Positions 26,106-34,073 of a DNA stretch of 34,455 nucleotides are shown here, piece by piece. Within the stretch, counting starts at the first letter, position 1; every line of letters begins with the position of its first letter. Where the stretch lies: the NCBI GenBank assembly GCA_945949625.1, contig CAMFFI010000001.1, positions 1-34,455 on the forward strand, in the 5' to 3' direction. The stretch comes from an uncultured bacterium (GTDB lineage: Bacteria; Bacillota; Clostridia; Oscillospirales; Acutalibacteraceae). A program made the position numbers and the translations under genes. The notes under the pieces are model-generated. The model saw nothing but the letters and a program-made list of their open reading frames with translations. It ran no database searches and was not told the origin of the DNA.

Positions 26106-26531
26106 TCAAGTCCCAACTTTAAAACTTATATGCTCAATTCCTTGCCTTGCAAAGCGAAAAATCTGCGACCGCGAATAGCAAAGCTTAAAGCAAAGCGATT
26201 GAAAGCTTTTCCCCTGTATATAGTGCCCGTAAATCACGCTTCGCTCCCTTTCGTCTTTAAGAGCTGAAACAGCAGAAAAAATCTTCGTCTTTATTTCCTC
26301 GCGCTCCGCTTCCTCTGCCAAAAGCCGCATTTTTATATCGTCAAGCCGCTCAACACATCGCTGAAGCTTTGCCGTGTCTACCGCATATCCTCCGCCGCCG
26401 TCCATAGCTATGGTGGCGGTTATTTTTTCGGCTTCGCTCTCAAGCTCCCTGACCATCTCACGAAGCCGCTTTATGGAATCCGGCGTTTTTCGGTATTGCT
26501 CAAGAATCTTTTTCTTTTCCCTGTAATCCAC
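26106..26531 (-). CDS. RinA/ArpU-like late transcriptional activator (sigma region 4-like HTH)
   Basis: Coiled coil then ERSVIYGHYIQGKS...YSRSQIFR; last gene of the early-middle operon. Confidence 0.75.
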   Translation of the reverse strand: MDYREKKKILEQYRKTPDSIKRLREMVRELESEAEKITATIAMDGGGGYAVDTAKLQRCVERLDDIKMRLLAEEAEREEIKTKIFSAVSALKDERERSVIYGHYIQGKSFQSLCFKLCYSRSQIFRFARQGIEHISFKVGT

Positions 26532-26907
26532 GTTCGCTCTCCTCTATGTACTCTTTAAGCGCTACAATTACACTTTCTTTATCAAGCTCCATACGGCGGC
26601 GCACCTGCGCGTCGTGCGCTTCAAGCAAATCCACTTTGTCATCAATGGAAATGCTTCCGTCCGGTGCTGTCGCTCCGTCTCTCTGCTTAATAAGTTCCGC
26701 ATACGTCCGGCAATAAAACTCGCGGAATTTTGGCTTATATAATATCGTGCTTCCGTCTTTGCGCAGGTTTGCGTTATACATCGCAGTCAAAAGAAGCGAA
26801 AGCATAAAGTCAAAGCCGCACCTTGTGTCCTCACATCTTCGCTGCTCAAATCCTTCTTTAACTCCCTGCTGATACGCAACAGCAGGGTTTCTTGATATTT
26901 TTTGCAT
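26500..26907 (-). CDS. Hypothetical protein
   Basis: AAGGGAG RBS before MQKISR. Confidence 0.7.
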   Translation of the reverse strand: MQKISRNPAVAYQQGVKEGFEQRRCEDTRCGFDFMLSLLLTAMYNANLRKDGSTILYKPKFREFYCRTYAELIKQRDGATAPDGSISIDDKVDLLEAHDAQVRRRMELDKESVIVALKEYIEESERGLQGKEKDS

Positions 26908-26927
26908 TTTTTCACTCCCTTTCGTGC

Positions 26928-27536
26928 TCAAAGCTTTATTTTTCCGCTTTCAAGCGCTTCCACATATTTTCCGTATGTCATACCGTGCTCAAAAGCCGCT
27001 TTTGCTATGCTCCAAAGGTCACGCCCCGTGCTCAAAAGCTTTTCGTTCGTGCTCGCGGTCTTTTCCTGCGTGCTCAAAAGTATTTCATCCGTGCTCAAAT
27101 CATCATCTTCGTAAAAATCTTTACGAAATCTTTTTCTGTATGCCTTCTGCTGGTCAAGTTTGGCTTTTTTCCGGCACTCGTCAGAGCAATATTTGCCGCT
27201 TGCGTGAGCAATAAAGCTTTTCCCACATACTGCGCATATTGCTTCGTGCCCTTTTCTTTCTCTTGGCACATAGCTCGCACTAAATCTTTCTTTTTTCGCA
27301 TTTTTCCGGCATTCATCAGAACAGTATTTGCCTGCCGCTTTAGAAATAAAACTTTTTCCGCATACAACGCATATTGCTTCGTGTTCTTTCCCTTTAGGAA
27401 CATATTTCTCTCTGTTTCTTTTATACATCGCCTTAAGCCTGCAATCGTAAGAACAGTAAAGCTGATTTTTATTTACTGACTTGAATTTCTTCCCGCAATA
27501 CAGGCATTTTTTAGTCTCGCCTTTTTTTGCTCCCAT
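26928..27536 (-). CDS. Protein with three Zn-finger repeats
   Basis: Three copies of C-x2-CGK-x-F...YCS-x2-CR (two copies 135 nt apart); GMTYGKYV C-terminus. Confidence 0.8.
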   Translation of the reverse strand: MGAKKGETKKCLYCGKKFKSVNKNQLYCSYDCRLKAMYKRNREKYVPKGKEHEAICVVCGKSFISKAAGKYCSDECRKNAKKERFSASYVPRERKGHEAICAVCGKSFIAHASGKYCSDECRKKAKLDQQKAYRKRFRKDFYEDDDLSTDEILLSTQEKTASTNEKLLSTGRDLWSIAKAAFEHGMTYGKYVEALESGKIKL

Positions 27537-27547
27537 TTTTACACTCC

Positions 27548-27649
27548 TTAATCTCTCCAGTTGTCGTGGCAGTCCTCATCGTCCGTAAAAGCACTCATCA
27601 AGAACCCGCCTATAACAAATCCAATGCCGAAAGCTATTAAATATCCCAT
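27548..27649 (-). CDS. Small TM peptide, copy B (33 aa)
   Basis: MGYLIAFGIGFVIGGFLMSAFTD; paralog of 28143-28223. Confidence 0.65.
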   Translation of the reverse strand: MGYLIAFGIGFVIGGFLMSAFTDDEDCHDNWRD

Positions 27650-27663
27650 TTCTGCGCCCTCTT

Positions 27664-27936
27664 TCAGTATTTTTTGCCGTGCCGATAAGGGCGCTTTGTG
27701 TTGTAATCGTGCTTTTCCGCTATAACCTTTTCGGGGTCTATGCCCTTTGCGCCGAACCAGTCAAGTATTCGGATAACGCAGTCCGCCATTTTTGTGGCAA
27801 CTCCCTCCTCCGGAAGCGTATCAAGCTTTTCAAGCACAAAATTTACGCCATCTGTGAACCCCTCGTCGTATTCGTGATGTCCTGTTGCTGTCCATCTTAC
27901 CACTTCAAGCGGCTCAACATTTTTATAAATTGCCAT
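27664..27936 (-). CDS. Chimeric protein with a MazG-like C-terminal half
   Basis: C-terminal ADCVIRILDW...RPYRHGK matches 28236-28553; N-terminus unrelated. Confidence 0.7.
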   Translation of the reverse strand: MAIYKNVEPLEVVRWTATGHHEYDEGFTDGVNFVLEKLDTLPEEGVATKMADCVIRILDWFGAKGIDPEKVIAEKHDYNTKRPYRHGKKY

Positions 27937-28138
27937 CCCGTCTACACTCCTTGAATATTTTGTTGTAGCATTCTCCGCAAATATCAATTACACTTTCTTC
28001 GTTTACCGCCACATTCTCTCCTCTGTACATCAGTTCTTTGCCGTTTTGCTCGATAATCTTGTATTCGCGAAGTTGTGCTCGCCAAGGATTTTTCACTTCT
28101 TTTCCGCAAATATCACATCTGTATACTATTTTCCGCAT
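27923..28138 (-). CDS. Small Zn-binding hypothetical protein
   Basis: CDICG...DICGECY. Confidence 0.75.
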   Translation of the reverse strand: MRKIVYRCDICGKEVKNPWRAQLREYKIIEQNGKELMYRGENVAVNEESVIDICGECYNKIFKECRRDGNL

Positions 28139-28142
28139 TTCC

Positions 28143-28223
28143 TCAACCCTCCTTATCCGTCAGCGCCGCCATCAAAAAACCGCCCAGGATAAACCCCGGT
28201 CCGAAAGCTATTAAATACCCCAT
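28143..28223 (-). CDS. Small TM peptide, copy A (26 aa)
   Basis: GGAGG RBS; MGYLIAFGPGFILGGFLMAALTD. Confidence 0.6.
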   Translation of the reverse strand: MGYLIAFGPGFILGGFLMAALTDKEG

Positions 28224-28235
28224 CTTTCCGCCTCC

Positions 28236-28553
28236 TCAATAATTCTTCCCGTGCTTGTACGGTCTTGTTTCGTTATATGCGTGCTTTGTGGCTATAACAT
28301 CTTCGGCGTCTATGTTTTCCTTGCCCATCCAGTCCAGTATGCGGATAATGCAGTCTGCCATTTCAACCGCTTTGCCCTCGGGCTTGCCGTCTTGCATATA
28401 TATCAGCGGCTTGCCCGCTCTGTCCTCCTCCAAGGCCTCCGAAAGCTCGCTGTGGCAAAGTGCCACAATTTCCGCAAAGCTTTTTTCATTTTCCCAAAAT
28501 CCGTGATTTACCGCGTTTTCGTGTATTTTTTCTGCCCATTCCTTAATTGTCAT
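28236..28553 (-). CDS. MazG-like NTP pyrophosphohydrolase
   Basis: HSELSEALE, EMADCIIRILD and K-x2-YN-x2-RPYKHGK motifs. Confidence 0.85.
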   Translation of the reverse strand: MTIKEWAEKIHENAVNHGFWENEKSFAEIVALCHSELSEALEEDRAGKPLIYMQDGKPEGKAVEMADCIIRILDWMGKENIDAEDVIATKHAYNETRPYKHGKNY

Positions 28554-29120
28554 TTATTTGCCCTCCAAAATGCTGTCAAAAATATAGTTTACTCTTTTTG
28601 CCCAGTCTTCGTCACACCAACAAACTGAAACGCCCTCTACCGTTGCACCGTGATAATACTTTCTGTTTTCCGATATGTAGTGTTTTGCTATGTACTCTGC
28701 AACATAATCAATACACTCCGGCACGCTTTCAAAGCTTTTTTTGCCAAACCCGAATATGTTGTTCTCCCGGAAGCAGTACCGCCCCCAGCCGCTCTCCTGC
28801 GCCGCAATCGCCGCAAGAAACGCAGCGTTTACTCCGTGCTTTTGCTCTGCTTCGATAAAATATCCGGCATACGGCACAAGGTCATATTTAAGCGCTGCGC
28901 AAAGCTCCTTTTCACTCATTCCGCAGGGCTTGTCCAGTTCTCTGTTCCTTTCTGCGCCGTCTGAAAGGCTCTGCAAGGCATTTTCATTTTCGGGTGTCAA
29001 ATTTACCGTGCGAACAATAATAATTCCGTCCTGCCCCTGCTCTGCCTTGCCTGCGGCAAATGTAGGAACAGCAAGCAAAAGCAAAATCAAAATGCCGATT
29101 ATAAATGCCGTAAATCTCAT
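28554..29120 (-). CDS. Secreted glucosaminidase (GH73-like)
   Basis: Signal peptide; GVNAAFLAAIAAQESGWG and NNIFG motifs. Confidence 0.85.
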   Translation of the reverse strand: MRFTAFIIGILILLLLAVPTFAAGKAEQGQDGIIIVRTVNLTPENENALQSLSDGAERNRELDKPCGMSEKELCAALKYDLVPYAGYFIEAEQKHGVNAAFLAAIAAQESGWGRYCFRENNIFGFGKKSFESVPECIDYVAEYIAKHYISENRKYYHGATVEGVSVCWCDEDWAKRVNYIFDSILEGK

Positions 29121-29521
29121 TCTTTGTTTTCCTCCACCTCGTTAATGTCGACAACCACTCTGCTTTGCTCCGCATAAAACTTTTGGCAGGTCAGAGACAC
29201 AACCTGTTTGTCGTCCTCATAGGCAACGCCGTTCAAAGCATCGAGCACGATTTTTTCTATATTGTCGCAATCCGGCTTTGACGGATAATATTGCCCTATA
29301 AGCTCCTCCCTCTTCTTTTTTGGCAGAGCTTTCTGCGGCTCCGTGTATGCCACAATGTCAACCTTAACATTTCCCTCAAACCGCCTGTTCCGGCACTGCC
29401 GCGCATACTCAAATTTTACCCTGTCCTCGTATTCCTTGGTGGCGGGGGCGGTGTATGTCCGCCCCTGTCCGAACCTCGGTCTGTCCTTGCCCTTGGGCTT
29501 GCCGTAAATAGTAAACTGCAT
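29117..29521 (-). CDS. rusA: RusA-family Holliday junction resolvase
   Basis: KDRPRF and KPDCDNIEKIVLDALNGVAYEDDKQV. Confidence 0.92.
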   Translation of the reverse strand: MQFTIYGKPKGKDRPRFGQGRTYTAPATKEYEDRVKFEYARQCRNRRFEGNVKVDIVAYTEPQKALPKKKREELIGQYYPSKPDCDNIEKIVLDALNGVAYEDDKQVVSLTCQKFYAEQSRVVVDINEVEENKE

Positions 29522-29524
29522 TTT

Positions 29525-29815
29525 TCAGCCCTCCTTTTCGTCCATCTTTGCTCCGCAGTGGGGACAGTAGTCACTATCCCAACATTCCTCGATACACCAC
29601 CCACAATTTGAGCACTTTGTTACACCACAATCAGGGTATCTTATCCAATGCGCATGAACAACCGGTTTTGCTTCAACTTTTGGGCAATCCATAATAGCAT
29701 CACCGACTTGAAACAATGCTGTCAAGCCATTTACTTTTTTGTCTTTTTTGCAAAAATCAATCATTTTTGATAATTTTTTTAACAACACTTCCGCATCAAT
29801 AAGCATTTCAGCCAT
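29525..29815 (-). CDS. Hypothetical Zn-ribbon protein
   Basis: LIDAE N-terminus; CSNCG...YCPHCGAKMD. Confidence 0.75.
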   Translation of the reverse strand: MAEMLIDAEVLLKKLSKMIDFCKKDKKVNGLTALFQVGDAIMDCPKVEAKPVVHAHWIRYPDCGVTKCSNCGWCIEECWDSDYCPHCGAKMDEKEG

Positions 29816-29960
29816 TGTCAGCACCTTCTTTCTTCCTCTTTGTTTCACGTACACCGTGGTATATGTTGCATAGTGGGCATTTCCACTTTTTCTTAGTCAA
29901 CTCAACCGTTCTTTCCATTCCACAGAATGGACATTTTACAATCGTAAACCATGTATTCAT
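29808..29960 (-). CDS. Small Zn-ribbon protein (50 aa)
   Basis: MNTWFTIVKCPFCG...WKCPLCN; fills the gap between neighbours. Confidence 0.65.
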   Translation of the reverse strand: MNTWFTIVKCPFCGMERTVELTKKKWKCPLCNIYHGVRETKRKKEGADNG

Positions 29961-29966
29961 CAGTCA

Positions 29967-30215
29967 TCACCTTCTTTCCCAAAGTTTTATGCCCCGCTCC
30001 ACGCATATGGCTTCCAGAATATCTGCTTTAACGCATAAATCGCGTTCGTACTTATCCCTTTCGATAATGTCGTCCATATCCCATCCGCGCTCATACATTT
30101 CTTCTGCTTCACTTCCAAGGCAATCGTATGAAGCGTCATAGTATTCCTTTTCCAATTCGGAATCGGATAGGCTTCTGGCCCATTTAATAAAGTGGAATTT
30201 CTCGGTTCGTGTCAT
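29967..30215 (-). CDS. Hypothetical protein
   Basis: 82-aa ORF with ATGA coupling. Confidence 0.75.
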   Translation of the reverse strand: MTRTEKFHFIKWARSLSDSELEKEYYDASYDCLGSEAEEMYERGWDMDDIIERDKYERDLCVKADILEAICVERGIKLWERR

Positions 30216-30379
30216 GTAGCACCTTCTTTCCGTTCTCTCGGAAGTTTTACGGTGTTACCATCCGCAAAATCCTCACTGGAAAGTTGATATGATACAAGTT
30301 GCAATCCTGTGTTGGTGTATTCGACGCCATTGAAGAATCCACAAATAATACCATCAGGAATGTCAAGTGTAATCCTCAT
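30212..30379 (-). CDS. Hypothetical protein (55 aa)
   Basis: AAGGAGG RBS before MRITLDIPDG. Confidence 0.7.
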   Translation of the reverse strand: MRITLDIPDGIICGFFNGVEYTNTGLQLVSYQLSSEDFADGNTVKLPRERKEGAT

Positions 30380-30692
30380 GCTTGTCCTCCTTTTCGTCCA
30401 TCTTCGCCCCGCAGTTTGGGCAGTAATTCCAATCCCCAATATCGAAAAATGTAAAATCCCGCTTAACCATCGCGCTGCACTCTGGGCATTTGAGATAATC
30501 GTGGTCCTCAATCCATCTCCCATGCCGCACCGGCGCAACATCGGCGGTGGGCATATCTTCAATCATATAAATATAGTCAGCCGTACCGCAATAATCACAT
30601 TTCATATCTTTGAAATTTCGGCAGTTATAACAGCGTTCTTCTCTTATTTCTTCAATAAGATTATTCGCATCTATAAATCTTCGTTCAGCCAT
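30363..30692 (-). CDS. Hypothetical Zn-ribbon protein (paralog of 29525-29815)
   Basis: PTADVAPVRHGRW and YCPNCGAKMD. Confidence 0.8.
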   Translation of the reverse strand: MAERRFIDANNLIEEIREERCYNCRNFKDMKCDYCGTADYIYMIEDMPTADVAPVRHGRWIEDHDYLKCPECSAMVKRDFTFFDIGDWNYCPNCGAKMDEKEDKHEDYT

Positions 30693-30694
30693 TG

Positions 30695-30868
30695 TCAGCC
30701 CTCCTTACCCTCGAGCTTTCTGATAATACTATTTGCCATAGTGTTTACGCCGTCTGTATATATTGCAAGATAAGCGAGATAATCATTATCATCGAATTTC
30801 TCCCACGGCATATTTTCTCCTATTATCTCGTGCTCAATTTTTAGCACATCTTCCTTTGTGATTTTCAT
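30695..30868 (-). CDS. Hypothetical protein (57 aa)
   Basis: MKITKEDVLKIEHE; ATGA overlap with the upstream gene; GGGAGG RBS. Confidence 0.7.
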   Translation of the reverse strand: MKITKEDVLKIEHEIIGENMPWEKFDDNDYLAYLAIYTDGVNTMANSIIRKLEGKEG

Positions 30869-31248
30869 TTTTCAGCCCTCCCCTTTAAATAGTCCTCAAT
30901 CTTAACGCAGATTTTAATGCCTTCGTCTGCATGAGCGACCGGAAAGCTTGCAAGAATTCCCCGAAGCGTTTCCAATTCTTTCAGCAAAATCTGTTCCTCA
31001 CTTCTTATGTCTGCTCCGCAGTTCCAACAGAATTTCATCTCCGGCTTTTCAATTTTTGCTTTGCAATGAGGGCAATACCTTATCTTTGCCTCCGCTTCCT
31101 TTCTTTCTCGCTTTTGTTCTTTTGTAATAATATAAGCTAAAGAACTTATCGGTATAGTATACTTTTCAGATATTTCAGCTCTTGTAAGCCCAGCCTGTCT
31201 TTCTTCCATAACGGTCTTTATCATTTCGTCAGAATATATTTTTTTCAT
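30865..31248 (-). CDS. HTH plus Zn-ribbon protein
   Basis: GLTRAEISEKYTIPISSL HTH; CPHC...FCWNCG. Confidence 0.75.
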   Translation of the reverse strand: MKKIYSDEMIKTVMEERQAGLTRAEISEKYTIPISSLAYIITKEQKRERKEAEAKIRYCPHCKAKIEKPEMKFCWNCGADIRSEEQILLKELETLRGILASFPVAHADEGIKICVKIEDYLKGRAEK

Positions 31249-31253
31249 TGTTT

Positions 31254-33107
31254 TCACTCCTCTCCTAAATGATATTTTGTTACTGCAATGGGAAACTCCT
31301 CTATTTCGCTTGCCCATACCGCAGAGCCTTTGCCGTTCCATTCTTCCCAAACTAAAGGGAAACCGCCTATTCCGTCAAAAAGACTCGCCATCGTTGCCTT
31401 TCTTGCGTACTGTGCGGAAATCCTTTTACATAGAAATCGCCAGAACGGAAGGGCAATGCTGTTTCCGAGAGCCTTATATCTTAAAGAATCGGAAGAATCG
31501 TGTTTCTTGCCTTTGGAATCTATCCATTCTCCAATGTCCGTCCATCCGTCTGGAAATCCTTGAAGCCTTTCACATTCAAGCGGTGTGAGTCTGCGGACGG
31601 TTTGTGTATTTACTATCGGTGGGTCTTTGTATTGTCTTGCCAGTTGGCTCGGAGCCAACTGTTCATAAGCATTGAAAAATCCAACATCCGCACATATAAC
31701 CGCCTGTTGGTCGTGCATACAATTAAGAGCACCGACTTTTTCATGCAATCCCAACTGGTCAGCCTGTCCGTTTTCAATGCAAAGTGCCGTATAATCCGTT
31801 ACCCTATTTTCGTGGTCGCCGGTTATTGTGCAGACTGTCTTTCCGTCACCGTTTCCTCTGGCATCAAAAGTTTGCAAAACTGCCACTCCGCCTTGATTTT
31901 TACTTGGGTTTGGGTCAAAACAATCAAGCGTTTTAGCTATTTCAACTTTTCTGCAACCGCTATTTGGATTTTTGGATTTCATGCTGTTGCTTGCAAGTGA
32001 ATCAAAGCTATATGCAACCGCCGGTCTGTCTATGGTGTTGAGCGTGTAGCATTGGTCTGTTCTCCAACCTTTGCCGTTGCATCCTGCTGTGTCCGCTCGG
32101 TCTATTCCATTTCCTTGCAAACAATAAACAGTAGGCTGATGTCCGTGTTCCTGTGCTCTCAACGCACCCGCAACGTCTTCCGAAACTCCCATAACGCTAC
32201 CGCCTTGGTCGTTAAGGCACATTACTCCGTTTCTTCCTGTGGTCATTCCGCAATTAACTCCAAGTGTAGAAGAAACGTCTCCTGTAAGTGCTCCGTTATA
32301 ACCATCCATTCCGCAAACGGCAAATTGATTATCGCCCATATTTGCTCTCAAAGTTCCGCAAACATCCTCATAGCAATGTCCACCATCTCTTGACATAATT
32401 CCAGGCTCAAAACTTATTACGTTCATTATTTTCCCAGCATTTAATGTCGGAGATTGTTCTTGAGCGTAACCTATATTTCCGGCTTTAGCTCCCATATTTC
32501 CGTCAAACCCGCTTGAATTTCTAACGCTTCCTTCAGTTCCTTCGGAAGGTCTTTCCCTCTCTTCGCCGCCCGGTTCAGTATTCCTTGACAAGCTTTTGCA
32601 CTCAAAAAGTATTTCGGTTGCGGTTCTTCCTCCAAAATCTGCGACAAGCGAGATGCGTTTTCTTCGTTGGGGAACTCCCCAGTATTGCGCATCATGAGTT
32701 CTCCAAGCAACGCTCCATCCGTCTCCCACGATGCTTCCTGCTGTGGACCATCCTTTCGGAGGCACAGGCAAATCGGGAGCTTCCGGTTCTGCAATGCGGA
32801 TTGCTTCTTCGAGTACTGCGGCAAAGTCTTTTCCTTTGTTGGAGCTGAATGCTCCCGGCACGTTTTCCCATACCATGTATCGAGGTCGAACAGGGCGGTC
32901 TGCCCTTCCATTATTTCTTCGCACATCCTGCTCTCTCATCTCCTTAATAAGACGAATTTGTTCTATGTATAAGCCGGAACGCTCTCCGGCAAGTCCCGCT
33001 CTCTTTCCTGCGACAGAAAGGTCCTGGCAAGGACTTCCGCCGATTACGCAGTCAACAATCGGAACTTCGTAACCGTTTATTTTTGTAATATCGCCAAGAT
33101 GTATCAT
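31254..33107 (-). CDS. DNA (cytosine-5) methyltransferase, circularly permuted
   Basis: Order: GDI, GSPCQDLS, ENVPG, PQRRKR, long variable region, RRLTPLECERLQGFP, GNS, then SLFDGIGG and ASEIE at the C-terminus. Confidence 0.92.
   Translation of the reverse strand: MIHLGDITKINGYEVPIVDCVIGGSPCQDLSVAGKRAGLAGERSGLYIEQIRLIKEMREQDVRRNNGRADRPVRPRYMVWENVPGAFSSNKGKDFAAVLEEAIRIAEPEAPDLPVPPKGWSTAGSIVGDGWSVAWRTHDAQYWGVPQRRKRISLVADFGGRTATEILFECKSLSRNTEPGGEERERPSEGTEGSVRNSSGFDGNMGAKAGNIGYAQEQSPTLNAGKIMNVISFEPGIMSRDGGHCYEDVCGTLRANMGDNQFAVCGMDGYNGALTGDVSSTLGVNCGMTTGRNGVMCLNDQGGSVMGVSEDVAGALRAQEHGHQPTVYCLQGNGIDRADTAGCNGKGWRTDQCYTLNTIDRPAVAYSFDSLASNSMKSKNPNSGCRKVEIAKTLDCFDPNPSKNQGGVAVLQTFDARGNGDGKTVCTITGDHENRVTDYTALCIENGQADQLGLHEKVGALNCMHDQQAVICADVGFFNAYEQLAPSQLARQYKDPPIVNTQTVRRLTPLECERLQGFPDGWTDIGEWIDSKGKKHDSSDSLRYKALGNSIALPFWRFLCKRISAQYARKATMASLFDGIGGFPLVWEEWNGKGSAVWASEIEEFPIAVTKYHLGEE
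32471..32911 (-). CDS. Nested out-of-frame ORF similar to the M.EcoHK31I beta polypeptide
   Basis: GELMMRNTGEFP...LSQILE...KYFLS...ILNRAAKRGKDLP in a second frame inside the methyltransferase gene. Confidence 0.7.
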   Translation of the reverse strand: MEGQTALFDLDTWYGKTCREHSAPTKEKTLPQYSKKQSALQNRKLPICLCLRKDGPQQEASWETDGALLGELMMRNTGEFPNEENASRLSQILEEEPQPKYFLSAKACQGILNRAAKRGKDLPKELKEALEIQAGLTEIWELKPEI

Positions 33108-33197
33108 AATCCTCCTCCTCCTCTTCCTCTTCGTCATTTTCAAAATTTCTCTCTATTAAAGAGAATGAATGTATTATTTAGTTGTAATAGTAGGTGC

Positions 33198-33406
33198 TGT
33201 GGAAAGTTTTTTAAAAGAGAAAAAAAGAGAATTTTATTTACTTTCCCACGGAAACAATTTTTCGGTGTTTTCTCTGAAAATTTCAGATAATTTTAAATAG
33301 AAAAGTGGAAAATCTGTTGAAAACTATGTTGAAAAAATGGTGAAAAGTTGAAAGTTTATAAAATTCCATTTTTTAGGATGTTGAAAACCTGTTGAAAAGT
33401 TGAAAA
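33198..33406. repeat. Cluster of DnaA-box-like 9-mers in an AT-rich gap (putative origin)
   Basis: TGTTGAAAA at 33315, 33327, 33379, 33390; variants at 33198, 33304, 33346, 33398. Confidence 0.65.
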
Positions 33407-33414
33407 CTATGCTT

Positions 33415-33609
33415 TTATCCCCTCTCAAACTTCGGGCACTTTTTTATTGAATATGTTTCGTATTCAACACCGTGGTCTACTTTCTTTACTTTTTTTGCTT
33501 TCCACCCCGGAACCGGCTCAAGGCTTTCGCTCCATTCACAGCCGCCGCAGGCGTTTTTACAGTCCCAGCAAAGTTGGTCTGAAAAATAATATTCCTTCTT
33601 GTTATTCAT
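33415..33609 (-). CDS. Small Cys-rich hypothetical protein
   Basis: LCWDCKNACGGCEWS-x3-EPVPGW...CPKF. Confidence 0.8.
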   Translation of the reverse strand: MNNKKEYYFSDQLCWDCKNACGGCEWSESLEPVPGWKAKKVKKVDHGVEYETYSIKKCPKFERG

Positions 33610-33626
33610 TTTTTCACTCCTTTTAA

Positions 33627-34073
33627 TCAAAAAGGAAGGTCGGAATCGTCGTACACTTCCTCAAATTCTTCGGCTGTTCCCTGCGCAACTGTACGGCTCT
33701 GTAAAGCTTCGTTTTCATCGGCAGATAAAACATCCGCGCTTGCAAAATAACCGCTTTCCTGCTGTGCTGTGCGTGCTCTGGGCGCAAATTCAACATTCTT
33801 TGCCGTAACTTCCGTTACCTTGCGCTTCTTGCCGTCTTTGTCCTCATAGGTTCGCGTGTTTACCGCTCCGTCAATTACAATGGGGTCGCCTTTTTTAAAA
33901 TATTTGCAGATAAACTCCGCTGTCTTTTCCCATGCAACCGTATCAATAAAATCCGCTCCGCGGTCTTTTCCTTTGTCCACCGCAAGTGTAAAAGCGCATA
34001 CACTCTTTCCGCTCGTTGTCTTTTTAAGCTCTGGGTCAGCTACAAATCTGCCCATAAGAAGTACAAAATTCAT
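33627..34073 (-). CDS. ssb: Single-stranded DNA-binding protein
   Basis: MN-x-V-x-LMGR-x3-DPELK, ADFI, AWEKTAEF and DDSDLPF tail; ATG 34073 with GGAGG RBS. Confidence 0.95.
   Translation of the reverse strand: MNFVLLMGRFVADPELKKTTSGKSVCAFTLAVDKGKDRGADFIDTVAWEKTAEFICKYFKKGDPIVIDGAVNTRTYEDKDGKKRKVTEVTAKNVEFAPRARTAQQESGYFASADVLSADENEALQSRTVAQGTAEEFEEVYDDSDLPF

Noticed and set aside
33301-33406. CRISPR array
   Set aside because: Repeats are 9 nt with irregular short gaps; no spacer-sized unique sequences and no cas genes
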